A DNA stretch of 38,207 bases from Flavobacteriales bacterium (GCA_035628535.1 DASPJQ010000071.1:1-38207), one strand, 5' to 3'; shown: positions 7,383 through 16,564, counted from the first letter of the stretch. Numbers and translations: made by a program. The notes: a model not told the origin generated them from the sequence alone.

Positions 7383-9068
7383 TTATACTGCTACCGGCAA
7401 CTCTTCAAATGCCCTGGCATCCTCTGCATCAAGCAGGTAATCCTTCATGGCAAACAGCATGGCTTTGCATGATGAGTACATTTCGCGGTTCACATTCAAG
7501 AGGCTTGAAATCTCGGCTTCAGTCAGGGTGTTCCTGGTTGCAAGCTGGTATATTTTTTCCATCCGGTGATTGTAGTCGGTGCGCAGGAACTGCAACAACT
7601 CTATAAACGCTTTGCTGCATTGTTTTGAATTTTGTTGCAATGAAATGATTTGTTCAAGTTTTTCATAAAACGTAAGCAGCTGGCCTTTTAAGTGTGTATA
7701 TTCAGCATACTTCTTGTCATCGGCCGAGTCACGTAATTCATTGCGGTTATGGCGTATATCCTTGATCTCCTTGAGCGAATACATAGCATTGCGTACAGCT
7801 GCCATGAGCACCTGTATACGGTCATGTTCCCGGTCACTGCTTTTTTTGTCGCGCAACTTCATATACGAAAGCAAAATCTCGCCTTCGGCCTTTTTAATCA
7901 AATCATATTTGTCATTAAACGAACCAAGCTTTCCTTCATTTGATTCAATCAACTTTATAAATTCGTCTTTCACGTTAAAGAACTTATCACTTAAATGGAA
8001 TGAATTTCCTGTCAGGTAAATTACGCGGTTTATGAAAAACCATGTTTCTTTCTCCATTGCTTTTGCAGCTTCTTCAGGAATTTTTGCATTGGTGTCAGTG
8101 ATAAAAGCCGTTGACCTTTTTTCGCTTTTGGAAAAACGTTTCTCCAAAAACCGGCTTAACGGATCAAGCAAGGGAAGGAACACGATAAGCCCTGCAAAGT
8201 TTATGCAGGTTTGAAACAACACCAGGCCTATAAGAGGTTCATCTTTTCCAACAATGAACTGTATCAATGCAATAAACTGGTATATAAAAAAGTAGCCAGT
8301 AAGCGTGGTGGTCACGTTAAATAAAATATTGCCCACGGCAACCCGTCTTTTTGCAGCCTGACCTGTAAACGATACGTATAAAAGCTTAACGGCCGATCCC
8401 AATTCGGATCCTGCCACAATGGCCGCCCCTGATTCGAAAGGGATTATTTTTGCATGAAGTGCAGTGAGGGTAATAACAACCGTTGCCGAGCTTGCCTGTA
8501 TAACGGCTGTAAGCACAAAGCCCACAAGCACAAAGCTCAGTATGCTAAAATGTGCATACTGGCGCATGTCAAAATCTTTTACAATGATTTCGGTGCTTTC
8601 TTTCAGGTACGAGAGAGCAAAAAACAAAAGGCCTGTTCCCATAATGAACCGCGACCATTGCAATAAAATGGGCCGGTTTTGAAAAGCAATAAACCCGGCT
8701 GCCGCTGTGGTAATTAATGGGAGCGAAAAACTTTCAATATCAAGTTTAAATCCAAGCAGGGCAACCATCCAACCGGTAAGGGTTGTACCCAGGTTTGCGC
8801 CAAATACAACGGCCAGGGCATTACGCATGGTGAGCACACCAGCTCCTACAAATCCAAGCACCATAAATGAAACTACCGAGCTGCTTTGCAACACAGCGGT
8901 AACAATGGTGCCGCTTAATACGGCCTCAAAACGGTTCTCGGTATTTTTGCGCAGGAAAACTTTAAACGTACGGCCCGCCAATAGTTTCAGGGCATCTTCG
9001 AGCAATGACATGCCAAAAATGAATATGCCCAGTCCCGCCAGTAGTTTCCACAAGTCATTCATTTCCAT
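7383..9068 (-). CDS. Na/Pi cotransporter family protein with a C-terminal PhoU-like helical region
   Basis: 561 aa. The N-terminal half is polytopic, with duplicated motifs typical of Na/Pi-cotransporter II-related proteins (GIFIFGMSLLEDALK, LQSSSVV, IQASSATV). The C-terminal roughly 230 aa are a soluble helical domain. Confidence 0.85.
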   Translation of the reverse strand: MEMNDLWKLLAGLGIFIFGMSLLEDALKLLAGRTFKVFLRKNTENRFEAVLSGTIVTAVLQSSSVVSFMVLGFVGAGVLTMRNALAVVFGANLGTTLTGWMVALLGFKLDIESFSLPLITTAAAGFIAFQNRPILLQWSRFIMGTGLLFFALSYLKESTEIIVKDFDMRQYAHFSILSFVLVGFVLTAVIQASSATVVITLTALHAKIIPFESGAAIVAGSELGSAVKLLYVSFTGQAAKRRVAVGNILFNVTTTLTGYFFIYQFIALIQFIVGKDEPLIGLVLFQTCINFAGLIVFLPLLDPLSRFLEKRFSKSEKRSTAFITDTNAKIPEEAAKAMEKETWFFINRVIYLTGNSFHLSDKFFNVKDEFIKLIESNEGKLGSFNDKYDLIKKAEGEILLSYMKLRDKKSSDREHDRIQVLMAAVRNAMYSLKEIKDIRHNRNELRDSADDKKYAEYTHLKGQLLTFYEKLEQIISLQQNSKQCSKAFIELLQFLRTDYNHRMEKIYQLATRNTLTEAEISSLLNVNREMYSSCKAMLFAMKDYLLDAEDARAFEELPVAV

Positions 9069-9155
9069 GAAAAGAAATATAAATGAAAAACCGGATAAAC
9101 CAATTACATTTCGGTGAAAGCGGGAAAAGGTGATTTAAAACTTATTGAGTCTGGT

Positions 9156-9542
9156 TCAGCTTTTATATTTCCTTTCACCTTGAAAATTTTCAGCGTAATA
9201 TCCATGCGTAACGATAATGTCTCCAACAATGTGATCATTGAATGTTTCCAGGTCTTCTGCAGGTACCCACAATTCATTGTGAATTGGACCGCCAACATTT
9301 TCAACCTTGAACTTGCTAACATAGTCCTCCAGCACTTCAAACCGCGTAACATAACCTGAGCCGGAGGCATTCACGTTCCAGTCGCGGGCAATTTGAACGG
9401 CATATTCCTCATTCAATACCGGGTAAAAAATGGGCTGTTGTGCCAACCGTTTGGGAAAACGTTTCCACCCTGACTCTTCAATGAGTTTTAATTCATTGGG
9501 ACCAACCGGCCGCCACAATGTTATAGTATTTTTATTATTCAT
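9156..9542 (-). CDS. Conserved hypothetical protein, 128 aa, co-transcribed with the macro-domain gene
   Basis: Clean ORF whose start overlaps the macro gene stop by 8 nt. No TM segment or signal peptide. The motif [41 protein letters not shown] feels familiar, but I cannot name the family. Confidence 0.6.
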   Translation of the reverse strand: MNNKNTITLWRPVGPNELKLIEESGWKRFPKRLAQQPIFYPVLNEEYAVQIARDWNVNASGSGYVTRFEVLEDYVSKFKVENVGGPIHNELWVPAEDLETFNDHIVGDIIVTHGYYAENFQGERKYKS

Positions 9543-10053
9543 TTAATAATGTTTCATATAATTTATAATTCTCCGCATCAAAACACACCAACAAAACCAA
9601 TTCAATGGCCGAATTCGTTTCCATAAATTCCTGCATTGTTTTCACTGTAATTTCGGCAGCCAGTTGTTTTGGGAAACCATAAACACCTGTGCTGATATTT
9701 GGAAAAGCAATTGTTTTGCAGCCATTTTCAACAGCTAACCGCAATGAATTCCTGTAGCAATTCGCCAATTTTTCAGGTTCGCCTTTATGGCCACCGTTCC
9801 ATACAGGACCAACTGTATGGATCACGTATTTTGCCGGTAATTTTCCTGCTGTTGTAATTACCGCCTCACCGGTTTTGCATCCGCCTTGTTTTGCAACAAT
9901 TTTCCGGCAATCGTCCAATATGGACGGTCCACCCGCACGGTGAATGGCCCCGTCAACACCACCACCGCCCATGAGCGAAGTATTGGCTGCGTTGACAATG
10001 GCATCAACGGTTTGTTTGGTAATGTCACCCCGGATGAGTTTTATTTTGTTCAC
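9535..10053 (-). CDS. Macro domain protein (O-acetyl-ADP-ribose deacetylase / ADP-ribose-binding, YmdB-like)
   Basis: 172 aa. [34 protein letters not shown] and [14 protein letters not shown] are hallmark macro-domain motifs. Confidence 0.9.
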   Translation of the reverse strand: MNKIKLIRGDITKQTVDAIVNAANTSLMGGGGVDGAIHRAGGPSILDDCRKIVAKQGGCKTGEAVITTAGKLPAKYVIHTVGPVWNGGHKGEPEKLANCYRNSLRLAVENGCKTIAFPNISTGVYGFPKQLAAEITVKTMQEFMETNSAIELVLLVCFDAENYKLYETLLNE

Positions 10054-10089
10054 AATTGTTTTCCGACAGGCTAATTTATTAATTTTTTT

Positions 10090-10359
10090 ATGCTTGCGTT
10101 AACTGCATTTTTATTAATTTTCACTATGATCGGCAAATCGCTAAAAATATTCCTGCTTTTTTTATCAAGCACCATTTTAACCTTAGTGCTTATTGCCTTT
10201 ATACATCGCTATACCCTGCCTTATAGTGAAGAAGGAAAATACCTGAATGAAATTAACAGCGTTGTACGCAAAGAACAAGCCATGGCGGTTTACGGAACAA
10301 TGGCTGGCGTTTTTTTTCTGTTATCATCCCTGTTGTGGTGGTGGGTGAAGCGGAAATGA
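10090..10359 (+). CDS. Small hypothetical membrane protein (about 3 TM)
   Basis: 89 aa with three hydrophobic stretches. No recognisable family. It is the only + strand ORF in this interval. Confidence 0.4.
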   Translation: MLALTAFLLIFTMIGKSLKIFLLFLSSTILTLVLIAFIHRYTLPYSEEGKYLNEINSVVRKEQAMAVYGTMAGVFFLLSSLLWWWVKRK

Positions 10360-10524
10360 GTTTTTTTGAAACATGCTGGCGAGGCTACCCCAGTTAGCTT
10401 ATGACAAGCGTTGCTTCGTTATGCCTTAAGAGCACTTAAGTACACGTTAGAAGACCAGAAGCGATTTTTTTGAAACAAGCAAGTTTTGGAACACTTAAAG
10501 GAAATTCGTGTCTATGTGCCTGGA

Positions 10525-11127
10525 TTATTTATTGTGAATATACCCCATTTCCTTATTTTTCAAATGGTAAATGTATTTTAAGGCATCTTTCCTGCCCGGT
10601 TCGGGGTTAAACATATCGGGTTGTATTTTTTTGCGGTATTTTTTTAAAAGCTCTTCTTCCAGTTCGCGGTGGGGTGCATAGGTTTTGTCTTTAAGAATGT
10701 GTTTTACCTGGAATCCCAACTCAACCAGTGCAACCGACACCATGAAAAACCGGTGGCAGCTCAGGGGATCGGCCTCGGCACACATAAGGGCCAGGTTATG
10801 GTTTTGGTTATACATTTCAAGCAATATTTTAATCCCCTTTTTAAAAGGTGCCCACTGCCGCATTTTTTCAAAATCAACCTGGCGGTTTTCATCCAGTATT
10901 AACGGATTGGTTTGCCTTGCGCCAAAAGCATCGGGTAAATGAATGTATTCAAGGTGGTGCTGGTTTAAATATTCCTTAAGTGATTTGCCGTTGTATTGCG
11001 GATTATACCGGCTGGCGGCAATGCTGCGCACATCAACCACGCATGAAATGTTGTAACATTGCAAGAGTTCCAGGAAATATTCCTTTGAATGATTGGAATG
11101 GCCTATGGTATAAACTGGACTGGTCAC
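10525..11127 (-). CDS. DUF488 family protein
   Basis: VYTIGHSNHS...VVDVRS......YNPQ near the N-terminus and the CAEADPLSCHR motif are typical of DUF488. I place the start at GTG 11125..11127, which overlaps the upstream TAG stop (TAGTG). The ORF-track start at 11175 would overlap the upstream gene by 49 nt. Confidence 0.75.
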   Translation of the reverse strand: MTSPVYTIGHSNHSKEYFLELLQCYNISCVVDVRSIAASRYNPQYNGKSLKEYLNQHHLEYIHLPDAFGARQTNPLILDENRQVDFEKMRQWAPFKKGIKILLEMYNQNHNLALMCAEADPLSCHRFFMVSVALVELGFQVKHILKDKTYAPHRELEEELLKKYRKKIQPDMFNPEPGRKDALKYIYHLKNKEMGYIHNK

Positions 11128-11369
11128 TATTCCACTACGCGTATGCCCACCCTGCGCGCTTCGCAGGCGTTGCAATAAGTTTTGCCGTCACAACCCTCAA
11201 CCCCGGGACAGTCGGCCGGGCAATAGTCATGCAAATGCTGGTAATATAATTCCCTGTCAAAACACGATGCTTTTTTCTTACAGGAGGTTGGGAACGAGAT
11301 CATGAGCAATACAATTATGAAAAGTAACGGTTTTGGAACCATCCCTGCTATTTTTCCCTGTGTTTCCAT
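11127..11369 (-). CDS. Small lipoprotein with a Kazal-like Cys-rich motif
   Basis: Hydrophobic signal ending ...SFPTSC (Cys followed by KKK). The C-terminal CPADCPGVEGCDGKTYCNACEARRVG resembles the bacterial Kazal-type PVCGCDGKTY.NAC.A..G pattern. An alternative start is at M10 (11342). Confidence 0.55.
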   Translation of the reverse strand: METQGKIAGMVPKPLLFIIVLLMISFPTSCKKKASCFDRELYYQHLHDYCPADCPGVEGCDGKTYCNACEARRVGIRVVE

Positions 11370-11507
11370 ACTGCACGGTTCGTTTTGTATTAAACGTGGC
11401 AGGGTTGGTTTTTGTTGTGTGAAAAAGGGCTTTAATGCATTTACTTCATATTTAAAAAAGTGTAAATTAATGTTAATGCCTTGACAGTTGTACCCGAAAG
11501 GTCAGGG

Positions 11508-12122
11508 TTAAAGGGAAGCGCGTTCCTTTTTCAAATTTTCCCTTGCCTGTTTTTCATATTTTTCAAAAAAGTGATTGGTTTTAAAAATACGCGGCATGCT
11601 TAAAAAATGGTCCAGTACTTTTTTGCGGCCAGGGTTGTATACAAAATCAGGATATAGGGAATACTCCCCGCGGATTTGCTGCGCATAGGTGTGGTACGCA
11701 TTCCAGTCAGTACCTAATATGGACAAATCGGCATCGGTAAACAGGTTTATGTCATTGTTTTCACGTATGGTATGCCCCTTGGTGGCCATAATGAGATCAA
11801 ATACCTGCCGCACCGTTTGTTCGGGCACGTTTAATTCATGCAAACGGTTTTCAGCCAGCCGGGCGCTTTGTAATTCATTGTCGGTGCGCATAGCCCTGTA
11901 AACAGCGTCATGGTAAAAGACTGCAAACAAGATGGCGTCCCAATTGCTGGTTTGACTTTTTACCGGTTCAAGTTGCACCAGTAAATTTTCAAGGTGCGAT
12001 AAATTGTGGTAATGGCGTTTTTTGTGGGAATAACTGGTTTCAAGCTCATGCCATAAGGCGTCAATTATTTTTTCCTGTAACGTATAATGGTTTGCAAGAC
12101 TGTAAAATTGTTGTTTGAGCAT
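11508..12122 (-). CDS. HD-superfamily metal-dependent phosphohydrolase (COG4339-like)
   Basis: 204 aa with HYHNLSHLENLL and AVFYHDAVY (H...HD metal-binding signature) in an all-helical context. Confidence 0.7.
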   Translation of the reverse strand: MLKQQFYSLANHYTLQEKIIDALWHELETSYSHKKRHYHNLSHLENLLVQLEPVKSQTSNWDAILFAVFYHDAVYRAMRTDNELQSARLAENRLHELNVPEQTVRQVFDLIMATKGHTIRENNDINLFTDADLSILGTDWNAYHTYAQQIRGEYSLYPDFVYNPGRKKVLDHFLSMPRIFKTNHFFEKYEKQARENLKKERASL

Positions 12123-12465
12123 GCATGCGAATGTAGGATTTTAGAAAATTAACCCGCAATGGCCCGATAAAAAAATTCAATTTTTGTCCCGCCTGGGCTG
12201 GGGAAACATGCAAAATTTAAAAATTGAAGGCTCCTCCCAGAGCTCACGGGGAATCCTTTGATCAAAAGGAATAAGCATTTTCAGCAACGCTTGTCCCGAA
12301 GCATAGCTTTCAGGCAATGCGCGTGCGGTGAGTCAAAGAGTTAAACAGTGTAGTTTTACTTCTTTAAATTTTGAATACCCGAAGACCGCCAAATAATTGT
12401 TAACCCCTTAAAAAAACTACATTTTGTAGCCAGACCCGCGGCTCAATTGCCGTTAATTTTGCAAC

Positions 12466-12864
12466 ATGGACGAAGAGGTTGAACTGGTGTTGAAATGGAC
12501 CAAAGGCAAACCGCCTTATGTAGGGGTTCTGTTCAAAAGCGCTTATGTAGCGGGCAAGTTGAACCAGGAATGGGTGCACGCCCATGGTAACGGCCTGTAT
12601 AAAATAGACCTTGAGCCGCGCAGCAGGAATTTGTTGTTGTTAACTATAAAGGAGCCCGAACTGGGATTAAAACATACCTATAAAGTAAAATGGTACAACC
12701 CTGAAAAGTTAAAAGGTTTTTTATACGCCACGCGTGACATTGAACGCATGAATTTTGGGCATGTGCTCATTGAGGAAAATAATTACAAGCCGGTTATTAC
12801 AACCTATGCGCGCAAATTATGGGTGTTGCCGGTAAGTAAACTGGAGCTGGTAGAGGTGTATTAG
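12466..12864 (+). CDS. Hypothetical protein, 132 aa
   Basis: Clean ORF with no signal peptide and no recognisable motif. A TAATTTTG box (12454..12461) lies only 4 nt upstream, so the start or leader is uncertain. Confidence 0.45.
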   Translation: MDEEVELVLKWTKGKPPYVGVLFKSAYVAGKLNQEWVHAHGNGLYKIDLEPRSRNLLLLTIKEPELGLKHTYKVKWYNPEKLKGFLYATRDIERMNFGHVLIEENNYKPVITTYARKLWVLPVSKLELVEVY

Positions 12865-13070
12865 GAATTTATGATTTTCGATTTAAGAAGTTTGATGGAA
12901 TTTGAGATGCGTACAAAGAACAGCTTGCAAAGTATGGTGTGGCGTGAAGGCAGAAATTCCCCTTAAAATCAGGCGGGTAATAAATTTTTTAGCCGAAAGG
13001 CAACCCTTACAAAAAAGTATGCGTACATACATTAATTGTTATCCGGTAAAAACTTAAACCTTTTCGGCCC

Positions 13071-13541
13071 ATGAAAACAGGATTTTTACTTTTGCTGCTT
13101 TTTATGCCTGTATTTATACAGGCCAACACCAATGTTGATTCGCTTAAGCGTGCAGCCCTTCAACCTGTAATAAACGATTATGTGTCACAAGCCGTTATGC
13201 TTGCCTATGAGATAAAAACCGGCCAGGATGTTGAACTCATTAAGGAATATGCCCGCCAATTGGCCAGTTTAAGTGATGAATTGAAAAAAACCATTAAAGC
13301 TTTTTACCCGCACAGCGGTGGCGACCTTATTTCCACCACTACGGTAAGTGTTACCGGTGAAGTGGGCCTGGGTTATGCAACAGCACCTTATGTAGGCACT
13401 AAACATCCATGGGAAAGTTATGCCGATTCAATAAGCGAAAAAGCCAACGCCATACACCGTTTGTGCGACCGAAGTCCTGTTAAAATGCAAAAGAAACTGG
13501 AAGCCATTGTGGAAGAGTTGAGGGAGATGGAAGGAATTTGA
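13071..13541 (+). CDS. Secreted hypothetical helical protein, 156 aa
   Basis: N-terminal signal peptide (MKTGFLLLLLFMPVFIQANT), then predicted helical sequence. No family recognised. Confidence 0.55.
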   Translation: MKTGFLLLLLFMPVFIQANTNVDSLKRAALQPVINDYVSQAVMLAYEIKTGQDVELIKEYARQLASLSDELKKTIKAFYPHSGGDLISTTTVSVTGEVGLGYATAPYVGTKHPWESYADSISEKANAIHRLCDRSPVKMQKKLEAIVEELREMEGI

Positions 13542-13705
13542 TGGTTTAACCGTTGTTCGTTCTTTGTTGTTTGTTGCCGGGGGAGTCCTGACGGAGCATA
13601 GCTTATCAGCATACTGACACCAATGCGGAAGAATAACCTGCTGTTTCTATACCGGAAGGAAGAACGATAATACGTCATGTTAGTCACGGAGAACGATCCT
13701 AATGG

Positions 13706-15688
13706 TCAATTGACCACCGGACTCATTTTTACAAAGCCTATAAACGGGTATTTATTTACATTGAACCGCGGGGCAGGCTCGGCTCCTTCAACAAGGAGTA
13801 CATGCACATACACGTTGAAGTCATAAAAATTTGCACCTTCTTCCTTAAACCTGATCAAGGCCTGCGGCAATTTTTGACTGGTTGTGGTTACCAGGTACCA
13901 GTTTTCGCCCCCGGCCGATTTTACCTTTTTTACCACGGTAAGTGTAAACGTTTCACCTGAAGCGAACAGTTTATTGGTTGCAGTATTTAAACATACCATT
14001 TGCCTGCCGGTAAACGGTCCGAACAACGAAAGGCTTTTGATGCCGGCAACATCAATAAAATCCCATTTGCCTTTTTCAAGTTCCATGCGTTTGAAGGAAA
14101 TGCCAATGACCAGTATTAACCATACATTGCGCAGCAACGATTTACTGTAGGTATATTCACCCGCTTCAAGCCCGTAACTGTAAGCGGTAAGCACAAATTC
14201 AATTACAATAATGGTCGAGAGGCCTGCAATAATCCATAGGCTCTTATTGTACAATTCCGGGTTTTTGTTTTCGTTAAAACGGGTGCTGTTGTTAAGGCAA
14301 TTGTTTACAAGTGATCCCCATGCAAAGATACAGCAAACCGTTAGCACCACCGCCACCCAGCCCAAACCAACGGTGAGTAAAAAATTATACAACCCGTGTA
14401 TGCACATGGCTATAATGAAACAAAGCGGCACCCAATACCATTTTTTTCTTGCATATTTTACCAGTGCGATTCCATAAGTAGTCAATGAGCCGGTGAACAA
14501 ATGCATGGCCACTGACAGTACTGCGCGTCTGCTGCTTATGCTCACGTCATAATAATGACCAAAGTACAATATGTTTTCTTCGAAAGCAAAAACCAGGGCG
14601 CTTGTACCACCCATGAGCAAAAGGGTAAGCGGTGAAGCAATGCCGCGCGAAGCAATTGTCAATACCAGTAAAACGGGTAATAGTTTCACGGTTTCCTCGA
14701 TGAGCCCGGTAATCAGTATATCGCTTTGTAGGGAGTGAATGGGTGGAAATATTTCAAGAGAAATAAGCGCATAAGAAACATAATCATATGCCACCATAAC
14801 AAACGGATGAAGCAATAGCGCCAGTACCAATACCAGGCCGGGTGCAAACCACTTTACGTCCTTAAAAATATTAAGGGTAAAAATAAAAGCAAGCCATACC
14901 AAGAAAATTAATGCCGCAATGATGATCTCGGTTATACTATGGGTATAAAAAAGAGGTTCGTACAGGCTCATGACATAACGTTTTGGTGAAATGTTCCAGG
15001 CAAGCCACCGTTTTTGTTCCGATTCAATGACAACACCCAGCGATTCGGCCTTGTCAAGGTATTTTTCCAATTCGGGCCTGGTATCACTGTCATAACTTAA
15101 TTTATACAGTAATTTGGTCCAGGCGTATTGATTGCGGGAATTGATGCTGATTTCGCGCTCCAGGTACATGCGGCAACTGTCGGGCGAATAATCAATTTTG
15201 CATACATCAAAACACAACTCGTTTACATAAGGTAATTTTTTGTTGTTTAGGGAGTCAAGCCTTGCCAGCAGGCGGTTTTTTCGTTTGCTTTTCTCAATGT
15301 AAAAATCAATCAGAGTTGAACCGTACAGGCCAATGTTTTTTGTGTTGGCATTGGTCGATTTTAAACAGTTTTTATAAAAGGCTTGTAAATCGCCAAGCGT
15401 TTTTTGTATGTGCAGGGTTATGAGCGTACGTTCACGTAATTCAAGCGAAGCATACAGGCGCAAAAAAACAGCATGTGCCGCGAATTCACTTTTGTTTTTG
15501 TTTACTTCGCGCAGGGCCGCATCGGTTGCTTTGTAATAGTTGCCACGGTGCTCCCAATAAGCAATTTCATGGTTTGTGCCGGCAAAATGCGGCTGGGGAT
15601 TTATTGCGCGCAGGCAAACCCAGGCCAGCACCCATACCGGCACAATCACAAAGAAAAATATGCGAAATACAAACGGTAATTTTACCAC
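13706..15688 (-). CDS. PrsW-family intramembrane protease with large N-terminal and C-terminal extra domains
   Basis: 660 aa. The central polytopic region carries GLIEETVKLLPVL (EExxK) and later MHLF...IHGLYNF His motifs, as in PrsW/PF13367. About 250 aa of helical domain precede it and about 120 aa of soluble C-terminal domain follow. Confidence 0.65.
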   Translation of the reverse strand: MVKLPFVFRIFFFVIVPVWVLAWVCLRAINPQPHFAGTNHEIAYWEHRGNYYKATDAALREVNKNKSEFAAHAVFLRLYASLELRERTLITLHIQKTLGDLQAFYKNCLKSTNANTKNIGLYGSTLIDFYIEKSKRKNRLLARLDSLNNKKLPYVNELCFDVCKIDYSPDSCRMYLEREISINSRNQYAWTKLLYKLSYDSDTRPELEKYLDKAESLGVVIESEQKRWLAWNISPKRYVMSLYEPLFYTHSITEIIIAALIFLVWLAFIFTLNIFKDVKWFAPGLVLVLALLLHPFVMVAYDYVSYALISLEIFPPIHSLQSDILITGLIEETVKLLPVLLVLTIASRGIASPLTLLLMGGTSALVFAFEENILYFGHYYDVSISSRRAVLSVAMHLFTGSLTTYGIALVKYARKKWYWVPLCFIIAMCIHGLYNFLLTVGLGWVAVVLTVCCIFAWGSLVNNCLNNSTRFNENKNPELYNKSLWIIAGLSTIIVIEFVLTAYSYGLEAGEYTYSKSLLRNVWLILVIGISFKRMELEKGKWDFIDVAGIKSLSLFGPFTGRQMVCLNTATNKLFASGETFTLTVVKKVKSAGGENWYLVTTTSQKLPQALIRFKEEGANFYDFNVYVHVLLVEGAEPAPRFNVNKYPFIGFVKMSPVVN

Positions 15689-15692
15689 AGCA

Positions 15693-15944
15693 TTATTCTA
15701 TTACAGCAGTGGTATCGGTGTGAGTTGTATCCGTTTCTTCAGGCAGCGGTGTTTCTTCCACTTCCTCTTTTTCGGGTACATAGTTTGGGTCAGGGCTCAT
15801 GCGCTTGCCATAAAAAACATTTATGCCCAATAAACCTTTGTGGTAAACAATGTCCAAAAACGGCAATGCCTTTTTTTTGATGGCCTCCAGGTAAGGCATG
15901 CTGCGCATACTGGGGCTATATTGGTAGGCATCGTTCTCAAGCAA
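15693..15944 (-). CDS. Hypothetical acidic protein (uncertain start; same frame as the upstream ORF across a TGA)
   Basis: The 83-aa ORF starts at TTG. Its stop is 4 nt from the prsW-like start. The reading frame stays open and plausible for 32 codons upstream, back to the TGA at 16038..16040. Confidence 0.4.
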   Translation of the reverse strand: MLENDAYQYSPSMRSMPYLEAIKKKALPFLDIVYHKGLLGINVFYGKRMSPDPNYVPEKEEVEETPLPEETDTTHTDTTAVIE

Positions 15945-16037
15945 AAAAACCGCCTCGGCATTGGAATCAAGTATATAATCGCGGTCAAAACCGGCTATGC
16001 GGTGGCGTTCTATTTCTTCGGAGCTGCTGGCCCCAAG

Positions 16038-16391
16038 TCAGTTTAGCGTTAGTAGCAAGGCCGTTAGGCTAAGAGCAATACCGCCAAAATTGTACAAGGC
16101 GTAAATGCCCAAAGGCATTCTGAAATGTTGCTGGATGAATTTCTGGCTGTAAAACAACTTCCACTGCGCCACAAAACCCAGTAGGGCAATACCCAACACA
16201 CCAAGGAATAAATAGGTGTAGCTTATGAGCGTAAAGCTTGCCACAACCAGGGTAAGTATGCCACCGGCAATAATACCAATAATGGTAACGGTAAACGACC
16301 AGTGCCACTCTTGTTTTTTAGGCTTGTTTTTTTTGAGCTGAGCCAAAAGCTCATGGCTGATTTGCCCGGGCTTGCGGTAATTGTTTGTCAT
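16038..16391 (-). CDS. Hypothetical membrane protein (3 TM), 117 aa
   Basis: A basic N-terminus is followed by three hydrophobic helices. It ends at a TGA that is in frame with the next ORF. Confidence 0.5.
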   Translation of the reverse strand: MTNNYRKPGQISHELLAQLKKNKPKKQEWHWSFTVTIIGIIAGGILTLVVASFTLISYTYLFLGVLGIALLGFVAQWKLFYSQKFIQQHFRMPLGIYALYNFGGIALSLTALLLTLN

Positions 16392-16564
16392 TTAGTTTGG
16401 GTTTTTGATAAGAAATGCTATAACGCAGGTTTTATAAAATGGTTTCAGTTTAGTGTGCCAGATTGTGTGTGAGGCGGATATACGTGTTAAAAAGAACGAT
16501 TGTTGGTGAAAGTGGAAGATAGTGTGCCTTTGCAGCAAATGAACTTTTTTTAATTTTTCGTGTA

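Noticed and set aside
9104-9370. ORFs 9104..9370 (-) and 9114..9359 (+) overlapping the 3' end of the 128-aa gene
   Set aside because: They overlap a better-supported ORF that is translationally coupled to the macro gene. They have no motifs and implausible composition.
12123-12465. A 343-nt gene-free gap, and similar gaps at 20844..21133, 30692..30940 and 37867..38207, examined for tRNA, riboswitch, sRNA or CRISPR-like structure
   Set aside because: I recognised no cloverleaf, conserved riboswitch core, or regularly spaced direct repeats. Only short hairpins and the terminators listed as features are present. I cannot exclude a novel sRNA without covariance or expression data.
12400-12585. 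A 61-aa minus-strand ORF overlapping the start of 12466..12864
   Set aside because: It is short, has no features, and overlaps the more plausible + strand gene and its putative promoter.
10403-13610. Short motifs shared between intergenic regions. A 13-mer at 10403..10415 is the reverse complement of 12283..12295. AGCATAGCTT-TCAG occurs at 12298..12315 and 13593..13610. The 15-mer AATTTAAAAATTGAA occurs at 12214..12228 and 25431..25445. AAGCT(T/A)A-like strings recur after several stop codons.
   Set aside because: I considered a REP/MITE-like dispersed repeat. Matches of 10-15 nt are about what chance predicts for all-against-all comparison in 38 kb, especially in AT-rich spacers. No longer flanking similarity or terminal inverted repeats are visible.
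16038-16040. The in-frame TGA read as selenocysteine or as a reassigned codon
   Set aside because: Many well-supported genes in the window terminate at TGA, for example the CHAT gene, cheR and cheB. I saw no SECIS-like hairpin immediately downstream, and the context is not a redox motif.
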